The position numbers were made by a program, and so were the translations under genes. Positions 12,801 to 25,200 of a stretch of DNA of 64,000 nucleotides are shown in pieces. The DNA lies in NCBI GenBank assembly GCA_950097015.1, contig CATNEN010000037.1, positions 3,038,001-3,102,000 of the forward strand, written 5' to 3'. Within the stretch, counting starts at the first letter, position 1, and each line of letters begins with the position of its first letter. Source of the stretch: Macrostomum hystrix. Lineage: Eukaryota; Animalia; Platyhelminthes. Below the pieces are notes generated by a model, which made no database searches, had not been told where the DNA came from, and was given only the letters and a program-made list of their open reading frames with translations.

Positions 12801-14401
12801 ATCATTTATGACCAATGACCACTTTTAGAATCATTTTTGACCAATGACCACCTTTAGAATCATTTATGACCAATGACCACCTTTAGAATCATTTATGACC
12901 AATGACCACCTTTAGAATCATTTATGACCAATGACCACCTTTAGAATCATTTATGACCAATGACAGCTTCTAACGTCATGCAGCCATCAATCGCCATCGA
13001 TACTATCTTAACCCAACAGGCCAATCAAAACAAGGGCCACGCGGAGCACTTCGTCAGCCTGCTAGAAGCCATGGTTGAGACCTGCCTGCCGTCCTCCAGC
13101 GACTCGGACTCGCGTCTGGTCGGCGGCTCGGCCTTCTCCGGCGCCCTCAGCCTGGCTGGTCCCGTCGGCGGCAACACCTCCGGTTCGCTGTCCAGCTCGA
13201 GCGCAGCCAGCCTGCATAGTCCAACAGAGCGGCTTGCCCAGCGAGCCGGTGAGACTTCACACCTGCGGCCACCTGAAGCAGGACACGGAGCTCTGAATCT
13301 AGACACTGGAGAGACAACTCCCCGCCAAGCCCCCAGTTTCCGGACCAGTCTGGGCTGACTTCAGAGCCGTGTCTAGATTCAGAGCCGTGTCTAGATTCAG
13401 AGCCGTGTCTAGATTCAGAGCCGTGTCTAGATTCAGAGCCGTGTCTAGATTCAGAGCCGTGTCTAGATTCAGAGCCGTGTCTAGATTCAGAGCCGTGTCT
13501 AGATTCAGAGCCGTGTCTAGATTCAGAGCCGTGTCTAGATTCAGAGCCGTGTCTAGATTCAGAGCCGTGTCTAGATTCAGAGCCGTGTCTAGATTCAGAG
13601 CCGTGTCTAGATTCAGAGCCGTGTCTAGATTCAGAGCCGTGTCTAGATTCAGAGCCGTGTCTAGATTCAGAGCCGTGTCTAGATTCAGAGCCGTGTCTAG
13701 ATTCAGAGCCGTGTCTAGATTCAGAGCCGTGTCTAGATTCAGAGCCGTGTCTAGATTCAGAGCCGTGTCTAGATTCAGAGCCGTGTCTAGATTCAGAGCC
13801 GTGTCTAGATTCAGAGCCGTGTCTAGATTCAGAGCCGTGTCTAGATTCAGAGCCGTGTCTAGATTCAGAGCCGTGTCTAGATTCAGCCGTGTCTAGATTC
13901 AGAGCCGTGTCTAGATTCAGAGCCGTGTCTAGATTCAGAGCCGTGTCTAGATTCAGAGCCATGTCTATCTTCAGAACCGTGTCTAGATTCAGAGCCGTGT
14001 CTAGATTCAGAGCCGTGTCTAGATTCAGAGCCGTGTCTAGATTCAGAGCCGTGTCTAGATTCAGAGCCGTGTCTAGATTCAGAACCGTGTCTAGATTCAG
14101 AGCCGTGTCTAGATTCAGAACCGTGTCTAGCTTCAGAGCCGTGTCTAGATTCAGAGCCGTGTCTAGCTTCAGTTTTCAATGGAATTCTCTCATGAATTAT
14201 TGTGTTTTATCTTACGCAGGGGCAGCACATTTTGAGTACACCGGGTTGCTTGGCCATAAACCTACAGCGGCGTTAGCATCTGCCAAGCCCAGTCAACAGC
14301 CGCCTCCACCTCCGCCACCGCCACCGCCGCCTGTTGTGCGCATCTGCCGCGAAGAGGCAGCCAACGCTGAAGGCGCCGAATTCAATGAAACGTCAATGTG
14401 A
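9832..14401 (+). CDS. NF1: Neurofibromin (NF1) C-terminal region only
   Basis: Exons 9832-10257, 10877-10977, 11075-11261, 13020-13248, 14220-14401, phases consistent. NVLLNAEVITDERTQALMLAVL, RILYEYLAEASVVFSKVFPV and SYLQSIGFGGLWRFSGQFTK match the NF1 C-terminus as recalled. Confidence 0.9.
10311..10669 (-). mobile_element. SINE family A copy in NF1 intron
   Basis: Reverse strand reads tRNA-like head gtggcagagcggtctaacgcg..., shared body and (att)n tail. Confidence 0.88.
11319..12964. repeat. Intronic minisatellite, 29-32-bp units (aatgaccacctttagaatcatttatattcacc) with higher-order structure
   Basis: Fills almost the whole NF1 intron 11262-13019. Confidence 0.96.
13360..14172. repeat. Intronic minisatellite, 18-bp unit (tcagagccgtgtctagat), near-perfect
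   Basis: Direct periodicity in the last NF1 intron. Confidence 0.97.
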
Positions 14402-15377
14402 CACAATGTACACGAGGCTTAGTAAACTTTAACTGCTAATAACATGACGAGGCATCTGACGTTCTCTAATTAGACATTTTTACTCGCGCTGTTTACCGGA
14501 AGCTGTTTTGGCTGTTTAAATGTATTTTTTGTTTCCCTTGTTATAGTACTTTTAATGTAAAAGTTACCTTATATTTTATAATCGCATCTAATTAGCGAAA
14601 TCTCCCGAGTCAAAAAATATTTTTAGTAACTTTCTTTGTGAACTTTTATCAGTCATTTTATTGTCTTTGAACCTCAATACTTGTATTTATTTAATTACAA
14701 TGCAACAGCTGTATTTTCTAATTATATTTTACCAATTTTTTAACATAGACTTTCAATTCAAGTTTGACAAGTAGTTAAAATTTATTGCTTTTTTTTCTTT
14801 GCGAAATGCGTATCTCGACTAAATGGTTAGTTTCTCGTCTTGTTTTCGTCACCTACACTACTGCCAGTAACTAGCAGCGGTTGTTTTCTATGTATTTATT
14901 TTTTCCTTGGCCATCTAATCCTAACGTCATACTGGTATGACATTTATTTGCAATGGAACAGTTTTTCAGTAGGCAATCGAGTGTCTCTGCCTGTTTTGTC
15001 TCTTCGCATTTCTCAGTCATTCCATTTTTGCTTACTCCAGGCCTTTGAAGCTTTGCTGTTAATCAATATTTAACTATCGTTCTCATTGTTCTATGCCATT
15101 CATGGGGGCGTGTTAAGTCACTTTTTGTTGTCATGAAATAAGTAAGAGTTTTTTGTTTTCGCAGTGTTACTTCAAGGTTTTCATGGCTTTTTGAGTACAA
15201 AATAATGTTCGTCACTAATTTAAAATATGCGGTATTTATTTCGAGTGGTTTGAACTGCGTTTTTATTCTATCAAGTATTCAACCAGCTGAAACAATTGTT
15301 GTTCTATTTTAATTCACTATCGTACACACAAAAACTCACATCTTGCCATCTCTTCTCGTGTCTCAATGTTATTTTTT

Positions 15378-16555
15378 ATCTCCCTCTGTCTCAAAGTCCC
15401 GTCTCCCTCTGTCTCTAAGTCCCGTCTCCCTCTGTCTCCAAGTCCCGTCTCCCTCTGTCTCCAAGTCCCGTCTCCTGTCTCCAAGTCCTGTCTTCCTGTC
15501 TCCAAGTCCCGTCTCCCTCTGTCTCCAAGTCCTGTCTCCTGTCTCCAAATCCCGTCTCCCTGTCTCCAAGTCCCGTATCCCTCTGTCTCTAAGTCCCGTC
15601 TCCCTCTGTCTCCAAGTCCTGTCTCCTGTCTCCAAGTCCCGTCTCCCTCTGTCTCCAAGTCCCGTCTCCTGTCTCCAAGTCCTGTCTTCCTGTCTCCAAG
15701 TCCCGTCTCCCTCTGTCTCCAAGTCCTGTCTCCTGTCTCCAAATCCCGTCTCCCTGTCTCCAAGTCCCGTATCCCTCTGTCTCTAAGTCCCGTCTCCCTC
15801 TGTCTCCAAGTCCTGTCTCCTGTCTCCAAATCCCGTCTCCCTGTCTCTAAGTCCCGTCTCCCTCTGTCTCCAAGTCCTGTCTCCTGTCTCCAAATCCCGT
15901 CTCCCTGTCTCCAAGTCCCGTATCCCTCTGTCTCCAAGTCCTGTCTCCTGTCTCCAAATCCCGTCTCCCTGTCTCCAAATCCCGTCTCCCTGTCTCTAAG
16001 TCCCGTCTCCCTCTGTCTCCAAGTCCTGTCTCCTGTCTCCAAATCCCGTCTCCCTGTCTCCAAGTCCCGTATCCCTCTGTCTCCAAGTCCTGTCTCCTGT
16101 CTCCAAATCCCGTCTCCCTGTCTCCAAGTCCCGTATCCCTCTGTCTCTAAGTCCCGTCTCCCTCTGTCTCCAAGTCCGTCTCCCTCTGTCTCTAAGTCCC
16201 GTCTCCCTCTGTCTCCAAGTCCTGTCTCCTGTCTCCAAATCCCGTCTCCCTGTCTCCAAGTCCCGTATCCCTCTGTCTCTAAGTCCCGTCTCCCTCTGTC
16301 TCCAAGTCCTGTCTCCTGTCTCCAAGTCCCGTCTCCCTCTGTCTCCAAGTCCCGTCTCCTGTCTCCAAGTCCTGTCTTCCTGTCTCCAAGTCCCGTCTCC
16401 CTCTGTCTCCAAGTCCTGTCTCCTGTCTCCAAATCCCGTCTCCCTGTCTCCAAGTCCCGTATCCCTGTCTCTAAGTCCCGTCTCCCTCTGTCTCCAAGTC
16501 CGTCTCCCTCTGTCTCTAAGTCCCGTCTCCCTCTGTCTCCAAGTCCCGTCTCCCT
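15378..16555. repeat. Composite pyrimidine-rich minisatellite (gtctccaagtcccgtctccct-type subunits)
   Basis: Tandem variant subunits. Confidence 0.93.
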
Positions 16556-17100
16556 GTTTTTTTCTCTTGCCATCTTTTTGCTTGGTTAGCTTTTATGTCA
16601 GACACAACTGGCATGAGTATTGCAATAATAGAAATAATAAATGTTTTGTAACGATTTTATGTATAATTAACTAAGTAAATAAAAATCATAGATTATGATT
16701 TATTCAAACCAGTGTCATGGGTTTAGTATGTCGCAAATATTGCAATACAATGCTATTTCCTAACCATCTGCTAACCATCTTTGTCCCTTGTCTTTTGCTT
16801 GCTACTTATTTCTTGTTGTGTAAATTGTTGGCGCAATAGGAGAGCTACTCATTAGTAGTCTGTCATGCTTTTTCTACCAGTTTTTTATTCACAATGAAGA
16901 AATATTTATAATTTATTCTATTTGATGTACTTTTTATTAAGCAGCGATTTTTTTAGAAACTCGATATTGTTTAATTGAGAATAAATTTGTCTTTTTTGTC
17001 TAACACGCTTGTGTTGTGTGCCGCTAGCTTTCATTCTGGGTTAATCTTGCGAATCTTATTTTCTGGATATCTCTATCAGAAAATCCCAAAATCAGAAAAT

Positions 17101-17880
17101 TTCTCTATCCCACACCTTCCTTCTCTATCCCACACCTTCCTTCTCTATCCCACACCTTTCTCCTCTATCCCACACCTTCCTTCTCTATCCCACACCTTCC
17201 TTCTCTATCCCACACCTTCCTTCATTCTCTATCCCACACCTTCCTTCTCTATCCCACACCTTCCTTCTCTATCCCACACCTTCCTTCTCTATCCCACACC
17301 TTCCTTCTCTATCCCACACCTTCCTTCTCTATCCCACACCTTCATTCTCTATCCCACACCTTTCTCCTCTATCCCACACCTTCCTTCTCTATCCCACACC
17401 TTCATTCTCTATCCCACACCTTTCTCCTCTATCCCACACCTTCCTTCTCTATCCCACACCTTCCTTCTCTATCCCACACCTTCATTCTCTATCCCACACC
17501 TTCCTTCTCTATCCCACACCTTCATTCTCTATCCCACACCTTCCTTCTCTATCCCACACCTTCCTTCTCTATCCCACACCTTCCTTCTCTATCCCACACC
17601 TTCATTCTCTATCCCACACCTTTCTCCTCTATCCCACACCTTCCTTCTCTATCCCACACCTTCATTCTCTATCCCACACCTTTCTCCTCTATCCCACACC
17701 TTCCTTCTCTATCCCACACCTTCCTTCTCTATCCCACACCTTCCTTCTCTATCCCACACCTTCCTTCTCTATCCCACACCTTCATTCTCTATCCCACACC
17801 TTCATTCTCTATCCCACACCTTTCTCCTCTATCCCACACCTTCCTTCTCTATCCCACACCTTCCTACTCTACCCCATACT
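17101..17880 (+). repeat. Minisatellite, 20-bp unit (ttccttctctatcccacacc)
   Basis: Direct periodicity; the same unit occurs inverted at 19888-20115. Confidence 0.95.
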
Positions 17881-18032
17881 CTCCTTCTCTGTCCTACACT
17901 CCCCCTTTCTAGTTAGGTTATTGTTACTTATGACACGGAAAGTTAATATATTGGTGGTTTACTTTGCAGATGTATAGTTAGCCCCCTAATATAAATATTA
18001 TTATTTTCGCAGCGATCCGGCCCGCTAGAATT

Positions 18033-19215
18033 ATGGAGCAGCAACGCAGCAATAGACGGCATCCGGACCAGCAGCTCTATAGGCCGCCAGTGACTGACCG
18101 AGGCGGAGGCGGCGGCGGTGCCGGAGGCGGTGGCGGCGGTGCCGGAGGCCGCGGCGGCGGTGCCAGCGGTGTCAGAGGCAGGGGAAAAATCGCTGTTGAG
18201 CCTTCGCCTGAAGTTGGAAACTCATTGTCAACCGCGGCTTCTACTGGCAGAGGCGGCAGAGGCGGTGGGGGCGGCGGTGGCGGAGGGCGCACTTTCTACA
18301 ACAAGAACCGCAGGCGTGGTGACCCTAGTGCTGAATCTACACAGCATCAGCAGCAGCAGGCGGCTCCGTCACAGCAACCGCAAACGCAACAATCGCAAGC
18401 CGCTACGAAGCAGAAACAGCAGCAGCCCAAACAGCAGGAACAGTATCAGCCGCCTTTAGGCATCTTGCCACCCCAAGCCGGCGATGAAGGCGGTGGTAGG
18501 AGCGCTAGAAGGAATCGTCGCGGTGGCAGCAAACAAAAACAGCAGCAGCAGCAGCAGCCACAGTTATCAGCCGGAGAGGCAAGTGTTCCAGACGATGGCG
18601 GGTTAGAATTTTTTGCCGACGACGAAATGTGGGACGCTCAGCCGCAGGTGGGGGCCACCTGGGCGCATCGCCCGCCACCGCAGCAGCCGACTCACAGCCG
18701 CCAACGCGGAGGCGGAGGCGGCGGCGGAGGCGCCAGACGAGAGAAGCGCTTCTCCGAGTCGTCGCGTCGCGGCTTCTCAGACAGCTTCTCGGAGGCGGAG
18801 TTCGACCGGGGCGAAGTGCTGCGACCGGATGCTCGGCTCTACGACCCGGCCAAGGATCCAGTCGTGGCCCTGCCGTCGCCAAGGTTACCGCAGCAGCAGC
18901 AGCAGCAGTCACTTGCGCAGCAGAATGCGGTGCAAGATCCAGCAGCGGGGCATCATCAGCAGCATGCATTGGATTCTGCCGCAACGGTGCCAACAAGTCT
19001 TGTTCAGCAGCAGCAGCAGCAGCCACACACTGGAGGTCTCATCCGGCTGCCAGAGCAGCTTAGACGAGATGCGATGCACCTGGGGCCTAGAAATGTATGT
19101 TCTATACAAATAGATTTAATATTAAAATATATTCTCGTTAACTTTTATTGACTTTTTAAGCCTTCAACTCTGACAGGTTCCAGTGGTTGTCGTTAGGCCT
19201 CAATCGCATCACTAT

Positions 19216-19263
<48 letters not shown>

Positions 19264-22200
19264 AACCCGTACCAGCATCCGCCCTCAGGCGCGCAGCCGG
19301 CGATGTCCGAGGAGGCTCGGGCTGCCGCCGAGCAGCTGGCACGAGTCGCCGAGCTGGAGGCTGAAGTGGATCGCCTAGTTGGCCAGTGGAGTCCCAGCAT
19401 GGATCCGGCTGTCTGGTGGGGCCTTGTTCAACGACCTCGCCTCGACCTGCTGCATTATTGCGCCGAATCTCTGCGCGCTGGCGTCGGCTGGCAGGAGACC
19501 GGCCCGACGGCTTCGGCGCCGCTAGACCAGACAATGTGGCGCGGCGGTTTTCATGCAGTTGTTGAACAGCTTCGCCGAATGGTCTCGCCGCCAGCTGAGC
19601 AGACTCGCCTATCTGATCGCGGCCGCGATATGGCCCTGGACATGATCAGCTCCGGCTGCCAGTTTCTACAGCAGCTGGCAGGCCAACTAGCCGAGGAGCA
19701 CAATCTGCCGGTGGCGCTGCCGCTTAGCATCGGCTTCCTGCCCCCCGCGATTCGCTGCAGTCGCTGGCAGCGGCTGGGCCTCCTCCTGCTGCAGCGGCTC
19801 TACCTCAACATTGGCGACCTGCTGCGATACAGGGAGATGTTCGCCGGCGGGGCTGACTACGGCGAGGCCAGGAGGCAAGCGGGGAGAAGGGTGTGGGATA
19901 GAGAAGGAAGGTGTGGGTAGAGAAGGAAGGTGTGGATAGAGAAGGAAGGTGTGGGATAGAGAAGAAAGGTGTGGGTAGAGAAGGAAGGTGTGGGTAGAGA
20001 AGGAAGGTGTGGGTAGAGAAGGAAGGTGTGGGGTAGAGAAGGAAGGTGTGGGGTAGAGAAGGAAGGTGTGGGTAGAGAAGGAAGGTGTGGGGTAGAGAAG
20101 GAAGGTGTGGGGTAGACAAGGGCAGTATGAAAGGATGGCTAGTTTAGGTGTTTGACTCGGTAAAAATATTACACAAGAGATTGAAGGAATGATAATGAAA
20201 CAAGAAGAGTGTAAACTATATAAACTATGAACTCACTTATTTGTTTAGTGAGTTTATTATGATTGTCTAAAACTTTACTTGCCCAATTTTTAGCTGGTAC
20301 CTGAAGGCCGTCGCTCTGGAGCCAAAGAACGGTCGCTCCTATCACCAACTAGCTATCCTTGCCACCACGACGGTAAGGCGCTCAATTTTTATTCACTCAC
20401 ACTTACTCTAGCCATTTGTTAATTACTCTATGCAGCTGGAGTATCGGCAGCTCAAAAATATCTCCCAGCACAGACTCACCCACCCAAAAACCAGCCACCT
20501 TAAAATCTTCCACTTCTAAATCAGCCACCCCAGAATCAGCCACCCGAAAGTTAATACCCCAGAATCACCAACCCCACTTTCGCCCACCCCAAAATCAGCC
20601 ACCCCAAAATCACTGACCCCAGAATCACCCACCCCAGAATCACCCACCCCACTGTCACCCACCCCAAAATCAGCCACCCTACTAGAACCACCCACCTCAG
20701 AATTACTGAACCCAAAATCACCCACCCCAAAATCACTGACCCCTGAATCACCCACCCCACTGTCACCCACCCCAAAATCAGCCACCCTACTAGAATCACC
20801 CACTCCAGAATCACTGAACCCTAAATCACCCACCCCACTGTCGGCTACTCCAAAGTAGAGACTATTTTCTGGCCCCCCCTGTTTGTACGATTGCAGAAGC
20901 GCCGCTTGGACGCCGTGTACTTCTACATGCGCTCCCTGGCCGCCAGCCACCCGGTGGACCTGTCCCGCCAGCATCTCGTCCAGCTCTTCGAAGAGGCCCG
21001 CCGTCGGGCTGAGGCCTCCTGGAGACAGCGCGAAGCCGAGCAGAGCAAGCGCCAGCGGGCGAAGAACGCCGGCCAATCCGGGCCGTCGCTCAGCTGCACC
21101 GGCGGCCTGCGGGCTATTCATCAGCAGCAGCCCAACCGGCGCTGCCGCGTTGAGGTCTGGGTGCCCGTCTCCGGCTCCGGCCGACAGTCCAGCTCCGGCC
21201 TGCTCAACTCCGACGAAGAGGATGTCGAACAGGAAGAAGACCTCGACCAATTGTCCTTCATTGAGATCAACACTGCCTTCACCGCCAGCTATTTGCACTG
21301 CCACGGCAAACTATTTAGTCGCATCGGCATGGAGAGCTTCCAGGAGGCCTGCTCACTGGCTCTGCTGGAGCTGGCCGCCTGGCTGCGGCACGAACCTCCG
21401 GCTGAGCGGCTGCTGCAGCTGGCGGCCGGCTGCGTATTCTCAGCTAGCTGGGCCGCCCGCCAGGGGCCCGCCGGTACCGCCCAGTACCGCTGCATGCAGC
21501 TGGAGTGCGCTGTGCGGCTGGCTCTGGACTTTGCTGCCGTGCTGGCCAGGCACTGCCGCCACCTGCTGGCTGTGAGTCTCGTTTTGCTCACCTCAGTCTA
21601 CTTTGTCTACTCTGCCCACCTCAGTCTACTTTGTCTACTCTGCCCACCTCAGTCTACTTTGTCTACTCTGCCCACCTCAGTCTACTTTGTCTACTCTGCC
21701 CACCTCAGTCTACTTTGTCCGCTCTGCCCACCTCAGTCTACTTTGTCTACTCTGCCCACCTCAGTCTAATTTGTCTACTCTGCCTACCCCAGTCTACTTT
21801 GTCCGCTCTGCCCACCTCAGTCTACTTTGTCTACTCTGCCCACCTCAGTCTACTTTGTCTACTCTGCCCACCTCAGTCTACTTTGTCTACTCTGCCCACC
21901 TCAGTCTACTTTGTCCGCTCTGCCCACCTCAGTCTACTTTGTCTACTCTGCCCACCTCAGTCTACCTTGTCTACTCTGCCCACCTCAGTCTACTTTGTCT
22001 ACTCTGCCCACCTCAGTCTACTTTGTCTACTCTGCCCACCTCAGTCTACTTTGTCTACTCTGCCTACCTCAGTCTACTTTGTCTACTCTGCCCACCTCAG
22101 TCTAATTTGTCTACTCTGCCCACCTCAGTCTAATTTGTCTACTCAGAATACCTGAGTCTAAGAATCTTGCAAGTGAATGCGCTACACTCGCTACTTTTGT

Positions 22201-25200
22201 GAGTAGACAGTATTCATGTATTGATAGCATATACGAGTACATCAATTTTATCTGACTCAGGAGCACAGCAAGCAGGGCGGCAGTCTGCCCCTACCCGAAC
22301 CGATCCGGGCCCTGCTGTCAGCCCTGAAGCTGGTGCTGGACTGGATGGAAGTCTCGCCAGAGGCCTGGAACCCGCCGCCTCTGCAGCGGGATCCTCATCT
22401 GCAGCCCCAGCTGGATGTCTGGGAGGATCTGGCCAATCTTTTCACCGACTGCGGCAGATTCTCCGAAAAACCAGAAGTACGGCGCCAACTGCCAGACTTC
22501 GAAGAGTCCAAGACTCCGCCAACCTCGCCGCCGGGCTGTCGCCGACTGCACGTCATCCTTCAGGAGGACGTCTTTGCCAACGGCTTCACACCGATGCTAA
22601 ACCGGACCCCGATATTCTATGTGGCCAAGCTGGACCCGGTGGAGGCGGCCGCGGCCGACGATGCTTCAGCCGACTGGTCTAGGCGCGAACGCCTTCTAGA
22701 AGACTCAGTCAGGCTGGAGGCCTGCGCTGTGTTCGCCGACTATTTGTGCGGCCTGGAGCCGCCACTGCTAGGCTACAGCATGGACTCTGGCGGGGCCTAT
22801 TTTAGTCAGCAGGTTGACAAGCTGGTCTCCGAGAAGGCTGAGGACAGACCGACGGATGAGTCGGCTGCTGATGCTGCTGCTGATGCTGCTGCTGCTGCTG
22901 CTGCCGAGGCGCCAGATCATGATGACCAAGCTGCCTCCGAAGCCGAATGCGGCTTCGGCGAGTTGGAAGAGGCGGCCGGCGGTATTCGGGAACTGCGACT
23001 GCGCAAGATGGAGCTGAAGAAGACTCTGTACGAGCAGCAGGAGAGGCAGCGGGCTTACAAGGTGAGTGTTGAGCCCCCGAGTGACTTTGGAGTGCTTAAC
23101 CGAGTGACATTGGGTGATTTTCCGGGTGACTTTAGAGTCCTTAATCGAGTGAATTTAGAGTGCTTGTCGGAGTGAATTTAGAGTGCTTGTCGGAGTGAAT
23201 TTAGAGTGCGTGTCCGAGTGAATTTAGAGTGCGTATCCGAGTGAATTTAGAGTGCTTGTCCGAGTGAATTTAGAGTTCTTGTCCGAGTGAATTTAGAGTG
23301 CTTGTCCGAGTGAATTTAGAGTGCGTGTCCGAGTGAATTTAGAGTGCGTGTCCGAGTGAATTTAGAGTTCTTGTCCGAGTGAATTTAGAGTTCGTGTCCG
23401 AGTGAATTTAGAGTTCTTGTCCGAGTGAATTTAGAGTGCGTGTCCGAGTGAATTTAGAGTGCTTATCCGAGTGAATTTAGAGTTCTTGTCCGAGTGAATT
23501 TAGAGTTCTTGTCCGAGTGAATTTAGAGTGCTTGTCCGAGTGAATTTAGAGTGCTTGTCCGAGCGAATTTAGAGTTCTTGTCCGAGTGAATTTAGAGTGC
23601 TTGTCCGAGTGAATTTAGAGTTCTTGTCCGAGTGAATTTAGAGTTCGTGTCCGAGTGAATTTAGAGTGCGTGTCCGAGTGAATTTAGAGTTCGTGTCCGA
23701 GTGAATTTAGAGTTCGTGTCCGAGTGAATTTAGAGTTCGTGTCCGAGTGAATTTAGAGTTCTTGTCCGAGTGAATTTAGAGTTCGTGTCCGAGTGAATTT
23801 AGAGTTCTTGTCCGAGTGAATTTAGAGTTCTTGTCCGAGTGAATTTAGAGTGCTTGTCCGAGTGAATTTAGAGTGCTTGTCCGAGTGAATTTAGAGTGCT
23901 TGTCCGAGTGAATTTAGAGTGCTTCTCCGAGTGAATTTAGAGTGCTTGTCCGAGTGAATTTAGAGTTCGTGTCCGAGTGAATTTAGAGTTCGTGTCCGAG
24001 TGAATTTAGAGTGCTTGTCCGAGTGAATTTAGAGTGCTTGTCCGAGTGAATTTAGAGTGCTTGTCGGAGTGAATTTAGAGTGCTTCTCCGAGTGAATTTA
24101 GAGTGCTTCTCCGAGTGAATTTAGAGTGCTTCTCCGAGTGAATTTAGAGTGCTTCTCCGAGTGAATTTAGAGTGCTTCTCCGAGTGAATTTAGAGTGCTT
24201 CTCCGAGTGAATTTAGAGTGCTTCTCCGAGTGAATTTAGAGTGCTTGTCCGAGTGAATTTAGAGTGCGTGTCCGAGTGAATTTAGAGTGCTTGTCCGAGC
24301 GAATTTAGAGTTCTTGTCCGAGTGAATTTAGAGTGCTTGTCCGAGTGAATTTAGAGTGCGTGTCCGAGTGAATTTAGAGTTCTTGTCCGAGTGAATTTAG
24401 AGTTCGTGTCCGAGTGAATTTAGAGTTCTTGTCTGAGTGAATTTAGAGTTCTTGTCCGAGTGAATTTAGAGTTCTTGTCCGAGTGAATTTAGAGTGCGTG
24501 TCCGAGTGAATTTAGAGTGCTTGTCCGAGTGAATTTAGAGTGCGTGTCCGAGTGAATTTAGAGTGCGTGTCCGAGTGAATTTAGAGTGCTTGTCCGAGTG
24601 AATTTAGAGTGCGTGTCCGAGTGAATTTTGAGTCCTTCTGCTGATTGCTTCTACTCGTAAGTACATTCCAAAATGACGTTTCTCAAAGCTAATCCTGACT
24701 CTCCGACCCGCCTCTCCCCACCAGTCGGCTCTGGAGTCCTCCGGTCAGCGCTACATGGAGCTGGAGATTGTGCCCATCAACCTGCTCCCGGATACCAACT
24801 GCTATATTCACTATCTGGGCGAGATTCGCAGCTTATTGGCTATGGGCAAGCACAATATCATCTTGCCGATTGTTGTGCTCAACGAGTTGGACCACCTGGC
24901 TAAACACGGCGACTCCAGTGAGCACGCCGGCTACGTGGCATCTCAGGCCCGCTCAGCGGTTGCCATGCTGGAGGAGGCATTCGAAGCCAAGGGAAGCTCG
25001 GAGCGCCGGCGAATCAAGGCGGTCACGGCCAAGGGTAGCACCCTAGACACCATCGCCTTCCGGACAGAGGTGATCGGCCGCCCCGCCAAGAATGACGACC
25101 TCATCCTGTCCTGCTGCATGAACCACTGCCAGGACAAGGCCAGCGTCTTCATGCCCAAGGATAAGGGTGAGCGACAGTCTGTGATGCGCTGAGTCACATG

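Noticed and set aside
4210-14401. Functional linkage between the PKA-like gene and NF1 (both tied to cAMP signalling in Drosophila)
   Set aside because: Adjacency alone is not evidence, and the kinase is too divergent to assume PKA function
19219-19260. CAG/poly-Q and poly-G/P tracts in exons
   Set aside because: Common low-complexity features throughout this genome's coding regions; not locus-specific
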